From contig CAZSWB010000001.1 of the NCBI GenBank assembly GCA_964610675.1, positions 1 to 24,507 of the forward strand: DNA of 24,507 bases, given 5' to 3'. Every line of letters begins with the position of its first letter. Positions within the stretch are counted from its first letter, which is position 1. This document shows, one piece after another, positions 1 to 7,183 of this stretch. The position numbers and the translations under genes are program-made. The notes beneath the pieces are model-generated. The model saw nothing but the letters and a program-made list of their open reading frames with translations. It had not been told where the DNA came from and did not search any database. Source of the DNA: an uncultured Candidatus Saccharibacteria bacterium (GTDB taxonomy: Bacteria > Patescibacteriota > Andersenbacteria > UBA10190).

Positions 1-336
1 TCCATCGGAAAAGGAGATTTGCTTATTGTGGCCTCCGGTTCGGGGGAAACACAGACCATCTATGACATTGTTGCAATCGCTCATAAAAACGGTGCACGTA
101 TCGCACTCGTGACAGGAAATCTCGATTCAAAAATGGGAACACTTGCACATACAATTGTTCGCCTCTCCGCACCATCAAAAACGAAGCAGGTAGAAGGATT
201 CACATCTAGCCAACCCATGACAACTCTCAATGAGCAATGTCTGGGTATCCTATTTGAGTCAATGGTAATGATGCTTATGGCTCAAATGCGAGAAACACAT
301 GATACGATGTGGGCGAGGCATTCAAACTTAGAATAG
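1..336 (+). CDS. hxlB: SIS-domain sugar-phosphate isomerase, 6-phospho-3-hexuloisomerase (HxlB/Phi) family; 5' end lies outside the window
   Basis: Frame 1 is open from base 1 (SIGKGDLLIVASGSGET...). The GSGSGET-like loop, SQPMTTLNEQ (cf. QPMGSLFEQ) and C-terminal RHSNLE (cf. RHANLE) are HxlB signatures. The partner hxlA is not in the window. Confidence 0.85.
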   Translation, partial: SIGKGDLLIVASGSGETQTIYDIVAIAHKNGARIALVTGNLDSKMGTLAHTIVRLSAPSKTKQVEGFTSSQPMTTLNEQCLGILFESMVMMLMAQMRETHDTMWARHSNLE

Positions 337-343
337 TATACAT

Positions 344-1018
344 ATGCAACACACGCACTGTGCACTAGCGGCATCGATCATATGTGGGAATCCGTTAAAC
401 CTGAAAGCTGATCTTGCGGCATTAAAAAAAGGAAACATAGACTATATCCATTTCGACGTCATGGACGGAGTGTTTGTTCCTCGCTACGGATTATTTCCCG
501 AATATTTACGAGCGATCCGTTCTCAAACGAATATCCCCATAGAAGTGCATATGATGGTAGAAGATCCAGAGCCATATATTCAAGACTATGTTGATGCCGG
601 CGCAACCATTGTAACACCGCACATTGAACCGCTGAAGCATGCGCATCGCACCGTTATGCGCATTAAAAGCGCGGGAGTACAAGCGGGACTAGCCCTCAAC
701 CCGGGCACACCCCCCTCATCACTCAATTATATTCTTGAAGATTTAGATCTTGTCATGTTGATGGCAATTAATCCGGGCATTGTCGGGCATAAAATAATTC
801 CACGTACTATGGAAAAGATTGCCGATGTGCGAAAACGAATTAATGCGACCGGAAAGGACATATTATTGGAGATTGACGGCGGGGTAACTCCTGAGAGCGG
901 AATACAAATGGTGAATGCTGGAGCGAATATGCTTGTTTGCGGTACTGGGACTATTTTTCAACCGCCAGCAACACTTGATAAAAAGATTCGAGAGTTTCGA
1001 AAAACGCTTGTACTATGA
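344..1018 (+). CDS. Ribulose-phosphate 3-epimerase superfamily protein with an AlsE-like (hexulose-6-phosphate) phosphate-binding loop
   Basis: Metal ligand motifs HFDVMDG, VHMMV and EIDGGV, plus LALNPGTP and MAINPG. The final loop VCGTGTIF is one residue longer than RPE VAGSAIF and matches the length of AlsE IVGTSGLF. Confidence 0.9.
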   Translation: MQHTHCALAASIICGNPLNLKADLAALKKGNIDYIHFDVMDGVFVPRYGLFPEYLRAIRSQTNIPIEVHMMVEDPEPYIQDYVDAGATIVTPHIEPLKHAHRTVMRIKSAGVQAGLALNPGTPPSSLNYILEDLDLVMLMAINPGIVGHKIIPRTMEKIADVRKRINATGKDILLEIDGGVTPESGIQMVNAGANMLVCGTGTIFQPPATLDKKIREFRKTLVL

Positions 1019-1731
1019 AAAAAGGTTCTCCATACAAACTCCTTATCACCACTTCGGGAACAGGATCTCGTCTGGGAGAACTTACCAAACATACAAACAA
1101 AGCCCTGGTTCCCATAGCGGACAAACCGACTATCTCACACATTCTTGACCTGTATGACCCCTCAATACCGCTTGTAATCACCTTAGGCTATTTACCTGAG
1201 CAGGTACGTACGTTTTTCAAGGATAAATACCCTAATCGAGATGTCACTTTTGCTGTCGTTGATCCCTATGAAGGTCCGGGAAGCAGCCTGGGATATTCCC
1301 TGTTGCAGGCGGAGCAACTGCTTCAGTGTCCTTTCATTTTCCATGCGTGCGATACGATTTTAACACAAGAAGTGCCTGTCCCCGATGAAAATTGGGCTGC
1401 TGGCTATGTACCTCCACAAGGAATGGATGCTACGCAATATAGGACGCATAAGGTGCAAGATGGACGAATTATCACTTTGCGCGATAAAGGAGAGACTGAC
1501 TTCAATGCTATTCATATTGGTGTGACCGGTATTGCGTCGTATAAGGAATTCTGGAGCATATTACGTACTCTGTATGAAAGCAATCCGGAAGATTCCGGAT
1601 GGTCGGATGTGCACGTCGTAGACGCGATGATTAAACAAGGTATTCCATTTCAAAGCGTGTTGTTTGATCCATGGCTCGATACGGGTAGCCCCGAAGCACT
1701 AGCAAAACACAGGAATATATCGGGCAAATAA
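1015..1731 (+). CDS. Sugar-phosphate nucleotidyltransferase (NTP_transferase/GT-A fold), stand-alone
   Basis: ITTSGTGSRLGELTKHTNKALV is the GxGxRL...K signature; also HACD and C-terminal WLDTG. ATGA overlap with the epimerase. Confidence 0.9.
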   Translation: MKKGSPYKLLITTSGTGSRLGELTKHTNKALVPIADKPTISHILDLYDPSIPLVITLGYLPEQVRTFFKDKYPNRDVTFAVVDPYEGPGSSLGYSLLQAEQLLQCPFIFHACDTILTQEVPVPDENWAAGYVPPQGMDATQYRTHKVQDGRIITLRDKGETDFNAIHIGVTGIASYKEFWSILRTLYESNPEDSGWSDVHVVDAMIKQGIPFQSVLFDPWLDTGSPEALAKHRNISGK

Positions 1732-1733
1732 AT

Positions 1734-1822
1734 AACCCATCGAACGCCTGACAGTATTTGATGGGTCTTGAGGTATTACGAGCCTCGAAGGGTTCTGAGA
1801 AAGGCTGGCCATCCATAGCCTT
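1734..1822 (+). other. Cluster of inverted repeats in the largest intergenic region (possible structured RNA)
   Basis: Stems: 1735-1744 with 1757-1766 (10 bp, one G-U); 1767-1773 with 1783-1790 (7 bp, one bulge); 1801-1807 with 1816-1822 (7 bp, one G-U). Alternative pairing 1734-1743 with 1785-1794 (9 of 10). No U-tract. Confidence 0.35.
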
Positions 1823-1924
1823 CCCACATGCGCTTAGTCCGAACCGCAACATATGTACCAAATGTGAACAATTTAGTCAAAAGCTATTATTGTCTTTTAC
1901 TCTGCTCCGTGCAACACTTTCTCA

Positions 1925-3505
1925 ATGGCGTACAAAAAACAAAAGTTGACTGTCCTTATCACTACCTCCGGAGTTGGGAGTAAGCTCGGGGATCTCACTA
2001 CCTATACAAACAAGGCACTTGTGAAAATAGGGAAAAAACCTGCCCTTTCATACATCATAGAGTCTTATCCGAAGGACACTCATTTTGTTATCACTCTGGG
2101 ACACTTTGGCGAACATGTGAAAGAATTCGTATCTTTGGCGTACCCAAAACTATCCGTGAAGTTCGTGCCTGTTCGCAAGTTTAGCGGGACAGGAAGCAGC
2201 CTTGTGCGCTCGATGGTGTCGGCGAGGAAGTATCTTCAAAAACCGTTCATTTATCATGCTTCGGATACCATTGTTCATCAACGTATTGTTGCTCCCTCTG
2301 AGAACTGGGCCGGAGGGCACAAATCTGATACTACTTCCCAATACGCTTCATTTGATGTTTTGGACGGTACTGTGCAAGCATTCTATCCAAAAGGGAATTT
2401 GAATCCTGATTTTTTGCATATCGGCCTTGTTGGAGTTAACGATTATAAAGAGTTTTGGAAGTGTGCACAAAAGCTGCTTGTGTCGCATCCGGATCGGGAG
2501 GATTTGAGCGATGTTGACATATTGTCTGCCATGCTTGAGCGAGGGTCAAGGATTGTCCCGCAATCTTTTAGTCCTTGGTACGATGTGGGGAATGTAGACA
2601 GTTTGCATGCTACGCGACAAGCAATACATGATTCATTTCATATTCTCGATAAGCCATCAGAATCTATTTATCTTTTCGAGCGATCTGTTATTAAATTCTT
2701 TAGTGATGCCGGTATTGTGCGAGATCGCGTACGCCGCGCAAATGCTTTAGGAAAACTTGTTCCAGTAATTGAAAAATCTTCCAAACACTTTTATCGGTAT
2801 AAGTATGTAGAAGGAGATCTTCTTGCATCAGTTATTACTCCGACCACTTTTCCTCATTTTCTTAATTGGGCATTCACGAATATGTGGAAACCAGAGACAG
2901 AAGTATCTCAAGAAAAGTTTCGCGCATTTTGCTATGACTTTTATTACACAAAAACTCTACAGCGAACCAATGAATTTTTAACAACACGGAATATTAAAGA
3001 TAGAGCATCTCTAATAAATGGCGAGCATGTCCCCTCTTTATCAAAATTGCTTCAAATGGTTGATTTTCATGCGCTCGCCGATGCGAAGCAGACATCGTTC
3101 CATGGGGACTTTATCCCAGACAATATCATTAAAACTTCAAAAGGATATACATTGCTCGATTGGCGGCAGAATTTCGGCGGGCTTCTTCGTGGAGGGGACA
3201 TGTATTACGATATTGCAAAACTGAATCACAATCTCGTGATTAATCACGATATGATAAATAACAATCATTTTAGCATTGAACGCAGAGGGAATAGCGTTAC
3301 CTGTGATATTTTCCGAAGCCAACGGCTGGTAGAGTGCCAAGAGGTACTAAAACTCTATTGTATCGAACAAGGACTCGATCTTCATAAAATTGAAATACTG
3401 ACTCCAATCCTCTGGCTTAATATGTCACCCCTTCATTCCCATCCATATGACGTATTTCTGTACTATTTCGGTAAGCTTCAGCTTTGGAAAGCACTGCACC
3501 GATAA
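1925..3505 (+). CDS. Bifunctional nucleotidyltransferase plus APH/choline-kinase-like phosphotransferase
   Basis: N-terminal ITTSGVGSKLGDLTTYTNKALV...WYDVG. The C-terminal half has the Brenner motif HGDFIPDNI (3101 onward), LLDWR (3158) and GDMYYDIAKL. Confidence 0.88.
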   Translation: MAYKKQKLTVLITTSGVGSKLGDLTTYTNKALVKIGKKPALSYIIESYPKDTHFVITLGHFGEHVKEFVSLAYPKLSVKFVPVRKFSGTGSSLVRSMVSARKYLQKPFIYHASDTIVHQRIVAPSENWAGGHKSDTTSQYASFDVLDGTVQAFYPKGNLNPDFLHIGLVGVNDYKEFWKCAQKLLVSHPDREDLSDVDILSAMLERGSRIVPQSFSPWYDVGNVDSLHATRQAIHDSFHILDKPSESIYLFERSVIKFFSDAGIVRDRVRRANALGKLVPVIEKSSKHFYRYKYVEGDLLASVITPTTFPHFLNWAFTNMWKPETEVSQEKFRAFCYDFYYTKTLQRTNEFLTTRNIKDRASLINGEHVPSLSKLLQMVDFHALADAKQTSFHGDFIPDNIIKTSKGYTLLDWRQNFGGLLRGGDMYYDIAKLNHNLVINHDMINNNHFSIERRGNSVTCDIFRSQRLVECQEVLKLYCIEQGLDLHKIEILTPILWLNMSPLHSHPYDVFLYYFGKLQLWKALHR

Positions 3506-4303
3506 TTATTTCCGAGTTAGCTTAAAATTCTTTGTGAATCGTGTGGATGAATGGGTTGAAATATCCCACTCGCTTCTCATTTGAGAAAAAGCTTGCTCTA
3601 CGGTATGTGCGAGGTTGGACTTGCATCCATAATCATCAAATAGAATGTATGCCGTCGGTGCGATCAAGTTGAGTTTTGCCATTAAGTCCATTGCCTCCAG
3701 AAACGACTGAGATACATCGCAGTCGATATGGATGAAGCAGAATTGTCTTATCTCTCTTTTTCCAAGATATGAGCGAATTCCGTCAATATCATTAAATCGA
3801 TACTTACCGATATGAATATTTTTCTTCGTGACCGGATATACCTGTTTGCTTCCCATAACATTGTCTTCGCACTGTCTGTATGATGTATTCGAGAATGCGT
3901 ACTTGCGAAAAGAACCATCATCGTACGGCAGTCCTTCGAAACTATCAAGACCCACGATTCTTTTTGAGAATACTCCCTGCCTCTCAAGCAGATACGCTAT
4001 CCAGAGAAGTGAAAATCCTCGGTACGTTCCAAATTCAGCAAGGTCCCCAGGGATATTTTCGCAATCTTTAAGAATGTCTCGAAAGTTGATAAGTCGTCCA
4101 ATTTGATGTTCGAGCTCACGATCTGCGCTCAGCTTTGTTTTCTCGTAGTACGCAGATGTCAGATCTTCGGGTTTATATATCATATCAAGCCGAGAAGAGT
4201 GATTCTGGCGTTTTTCATAGCTTATTTTTCGCAAATAGAGTTTGTAAATAAGCGGGATCTTGAGGAGCGACTCTTTTATGGCAGTGATCGAATCTTTTTT
4301 CAT
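3506..4303 (-). CDS. TylF/MycF/NovP-family sugar O-methyltransferase
   Basis: GDLAEFGTYRG, GLDSFEGLP, FIHIDCD and ILFDDYG are the characteristic TylF-family motifs. Confidence 0.85.
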   Translation of the reverse strand: MKKDSITAIKESLLKIPLIYKLYLRKISYEKRQNHSSRLDMIYKPEDLTSAYYEKTKLSADRELEHQIGRLINFRDILKDCENIPGDLAEFGTYRGFSLLWIAYLLERQGVFSKRIVGLDSFEGLPYDDGSFRKYAFSNTSYRQCEDNVMGSKQVYPVTKKNIHIGKYRFNDIDGIRSYLGKREIRQFCFIHIDCDVSQSFLEAMDLMAKLNLIAPTAYILFDDYGCKSNLAHTVEQAFSQMRSEWDISTHSSTRFTKNFKLTRK

Positions 4304-4313
4304 GGGTATCGTG

Positions 4314-4790
4314 TTATAGCTGTATGGTAAAGAATTTATCTAATACATGGTAGCACGCTTCTGCGACCGCACCTTCACCGGCGCGAAGAGTTGTTACGTA
4401 GTCCGCTGAATCTTTTGCCGTTGGATATGCATTCTGGGGAGCAATTCCGTATGCGACAAGCTTGAGGATGGGGATGTCGTGGATACCATCTGCCATATAT
4501 ATTGCGGTTTTGGGATCAAACTTTTTTATGAAATAATCCATCCGATCTGATTCAGAAACGAGCGTAAGGGGAATACCCATGTCATCCTCAATGCGTTTTT
4601 TCGTAATGGCAAACCCACGGCTGTCGGCACTTATTGCGCAGACGCGAATATGTTCTCTAATTGTTTTGATTCCATCCGCATCGTGAGGGCCGAAAACTTT
4701 TGCGAATTTGCCTTGAGACGTGTATAGAAATTGTCCGGTCGTAAAGACACCATCAACATCAAACACGAAATCTGTCGGTGTGAACTTCAT
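4314..4790 (-). CDS. KdsC/YrbI-like HAD phosphatase (C0 cap), divergent
   Basis: Motif I FDVDGVFTTG, K-x-F-x3-D-x-DG, and C-terminal ADYVT...AGEGAVAE. Motif II (ISADS) and motif IV (MADGIHD) deviate from the KdsC consensus ITGR and GDDxxD. Confidence 0.82.
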   Translation of the reverse strand: MKFTPTDFVFDVDGVFTTGQFLYTSQGKFAKVFGPHDADGIKTIREHIRVCAISADSRGFAITKKRIEDDMGIPLTLVSESDRMDYFIKKFDPKTAIYMADGIHDIPILKLVAYGIAPQNAYPTAKDSADYVTTLRAGEGAVAEACYHVLDKFFTIQL

Positions 4791-5464
4791 ACGTATTTTT
4801 TGCGTTGCGCAACTACTACGAGCTCATTTGTGAATATAAGAGGCGTTATAGGCGAGCTTAATTGGACTAATTTTCCAACATTTGTGATGTGTGTTTTCTT
4901 TATCACTTGAAAACCACTCATGCGAAGCATGTACTTGATGAGTCCGAGCGTAAAAAAGGTATGATGTTTGTAAATTCCACTTCTTCGATACATCACTTCT
5001 TGATATGAAATTCCAAACAGTGTTTTCAGCCGTACCATAACAGAAACATCATTAGGGATGGTAACAAGAAGATGCCCTCCTGGCTTTACTACTCGAGATG
5101 CTTCTTTGATAACCGAAATAGGGTCAAATACATGTTCAATGATGTCACCGGCAAGAACGACATCGTATGTACCATCTGGACCGGGAATGCCATCGTCAAG
5201 GTCTACAACCTCAGCGTCCACTCCCACAGAACGAGCCTTTTCAACTGCAGTAGCTGAGAAATCAATCCCCTTTACCGCATAACCGAGCGCGGCAACCTCT
5301 TTTGTAATCATGCCGCTGCCACATCCTATGTCTAAAAGTGTTGGCGTTCCGCCATGGTTGCGCTTGATCTCCTTGAGATAGGAAAAAATGATTTCTTCCT
5401 CTCGTCGAATTTGGCAGTAGTCCTCCTTCGCGTATCGAGTGTCTTCAATGGCTGCTGGTTTCAT
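4787..5464 (-). CDS. Class I SAM-dependent methyltransferase (Methyltransf_11/23-like)
   Basis: LLDIGCGSG, GIDFS, YDVVLAGDIIEHVFDP, VKPGGHLLVTIPN. Confidence 0.9.
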   Translation of the reverse strand: MKPAAIEDTRYAKEDYCQIRREEEIIFSYLKEIKRNHGGTPTLLDIGCGSGMITKEVAALGYAVKGIDFSATAVEKARSVGVDAEVVDLDDGIPGPDGTYDVVLAGDIIEHVFDPISVIKEASRVVKPGGHLLVTIPNDVSVMVRLKTLFGISYQEVMYRRSGIYKHHTFFTLGLIKYMLRMSGFQVIKKTHITNVGKLVQLSSPITPLIFTNELVVVAQRKKYV

Positions 5465-6201
5465 AGCGGTTTTTGTATAATGAGAACATAGTTTAACGGA
5501 AGGCTTTTATAAATGAGATTGTGAAATTTTTGAATTGGCAACCACTTACTGTTGTTGCAGAGCGCATCAATGACTTCATCAGCCGTCATACCGATACAAT
5601 TGAGAATAAGATAGATCGGTGAAAAAATATATGGGATCCCAAACGATGCAAAAAAATAGTTAATCAACTGGCACAATGTGCCGATATACCCTGACGTCTC
5701 TTTAAGAGTTTTTACCTGAAAATCCTTAAATGTCACAATTAATCCAAACTTGGTAAATCTCCAAAAGTCTACATTCCATGTTGGGTGATTTACGGTGTTA
5801 AAATTTTTGTAGGGAGCATTGTTGCTTGGAAGCGGTATCGAATGGACTTTCATAGCCATGGGTACCGAAATGAAGCATTCTCCACCCGGCTTTAATAAAC
5901 GAAATATTTCATTGACGGTTCCGGAGAGCTTTTCCGTATGTTCCAGAGTTTGATTGAGTACAATCCCATCAAAGGAGGAATCTTCAAGAGGGATTGACGA
6001 GCTGTCCGCAACAATGTCACACTCGGGTGTTTTGATATGGTCAACACCGATATATGATCCCGTAAAATATTTTGCATATGGCTTGTGTCCACATCCAATA
6101 TCCAGAATTTTAGATTCCTTGTCGTACGCTCTCGCAAACGACTTCATTTCCCTGTCGACTGGAATTCTTGCAAGATAGTTACTTGATAGCAGTGACGGCA
6201 T
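5461..6201 (-). CDS. Class I SAM-dependent methyltransferase of the type common in polysaccharide loci
   Basis: ILDIGCGHKPY, YIGVD, FDGIVLNQTLEH, LKPGG and DFWRFT. Confidence 0.88.
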   Translation of the reverse strand: MPSLLSSNYLARIPVDREMKSFARAYDKESKILDIGCGHKPYAKYFTGSYIGVDHIKTPECDIVADSSSIPLEDSSFDGIVLNQTLEHTEKLSGTVNEIFRLLKPGGECFISVPMAMKVHSIPLPSNNAPYKNFNTVNHPTWNVDFWRFTKFGLIVTFKDFQVKTLKETSGYIGTLCQLINYFFASFGIPYIFSPIYLILNCIGMTADEVIDALCNNSKWLPIQKFHNLIYKSLPLNYVLIIQKPL

Positions 6202-7183
6202 GGAAGACTTCTACATATTGGCGAATCATTGGCTCTATTCGAAAGCGCTCCTCGGCTATTTCTCGACTATTTAGCCTGTAGGAGGGTTGGTTGTTCATAA
6301 TCTTATATATATTATCAGCGAATGCAGTTAAATCAAGTTGTCGTTTTTCATAAAAAGCATGGCCGTGTGCGGGTATAAGTTCACTATTTACACCCGGTTT
6401 TGTGATCTCTGTCATTGCTCCGTCCGCTACTCCGCAAATGGGGAGTCCGCACGCCATGGCTTCAATAATGGTATTCGGACACGGAGGGTTCTGGTGGGTG
6501 TATAAAAAGACGTGCGCCGATTGAAGGTGCCGGGAAAGCCTATCGTTGCTAATCACCTGATGGAATCGAAGATAAGGTACATCTTTGTATGTTTGCGGAA
6601 TGTGGGCGATAGACTGACTGAAGTCTCCTACAATATCACAATAGAAGTTTTTGGTATATGTTTTCGCATATATATCGAGGGCCTTGATGATTGGAATAAT
6701 TTGGTCTTCTCTGCGGAAGCGGGAAACCGTCACAAACACTTGAGTATCTGGAGTGGTTTTCCAGGCTGATGGAATAAACCTGCTCGTGTCTACACCGTTA
6801 TAGACAATGCGCCACCGAGTGTCATTTCTCTTTCCTAAAAAAATATCACAGCAATATTTTGAGTATTTGCTTTGATATACGGTATAGGTTGAAAAATAGC
6901 GATGAATAATTTTTGCAGGGAGATTGTATAGATAGTAGAGTTTCCCGGCAACCGTGCTTGGGTAGTACGTTCCGTCTAGGCGATGGATGATTGGCTTATT
7001 ATGGATTTTTGCATGGATGAGGTATCTGAGCGGACACGATACAAGTACCAGCAAGACATCATAATCCGGTGAGAATGAAAAGCTTACGGTGTCTTTGTTG
7101 CCGTTCAAGCCTGCCTGCAGTTTTTTTGCGAACGTGGATGTTCCTCCTGTCGCACGCATCTTGATTGGGAGAAAGACCTTCAT
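6179..7183 (-). CDS. Glycosyltransferase family 4 with non-canonical P-X7-E motif
   Basis: N-terminal GG loop (ATGGTSTF), IVYNGVDT, NPPCPNTIIEAMACGLPI. Confidence 0.88.
   Translation of the reverse strand: MKVFLPIKMRATGGTSTFAKKLQAGLNGNKDTVSFSFSPDYDVLLVLVSCPLRYLIHAKIHNKPIIHRLDGTYYPSTVAGKLYYLYNLPAKIIHRYFSTYTVYQSKYSKYCCDIFLGKRNDTRWRIVYNGVDTSRFIPSAWKTTPDTQVFVTVSRFRREDQIIPIIKALDIYAKTYTKNFYCDIVGDFSQSIAHIPQTYKDVPYLRFHQVISNDRLSRHLQSAHVFLYTHQNPPCPNTIIEAMACGLPICGVADGAMTEITKPGVNSELIPAHGHAFYEKRQLDLTAFADNIYKIMNNQPSYRLNSREIAEERFRIEPMIRQYVEVFHAVTAIK

Noticed and set aside
1-336. SIS protein as the heptose-pathway isomerase GmhA
   Set aside because: It has HxlB signatures (SGSGET, QPM..EQ, HxNLE) and not the GmhA STSGNS pattern.
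1735-1822. Hairpins as intrinsic terminators
   Set aside because: None is followed by a U-tract on either strand.
1790-1850. CTGAGA resembling the TPP riboswitch core
   Set aside because: The downstream AUACCC, ACCUGA and GCGUAGGGAA elements are missing and the gene context is unrelated to thiamine.
1860-1881. AAATGTGA as a CRP-like site
   Set aside because: Only one half-site matches; the second half (TAGTC) does not resemble TCACA.
1631-1949. Small ORFs 1631-1861 (-) and 1758-1949 (+) across the intergenic region
   Set aside because: Both overlap real genes, have no recognisable motif, and show no similarity to the kinase domain. No evidence for a leader peptide or transposase remnant.
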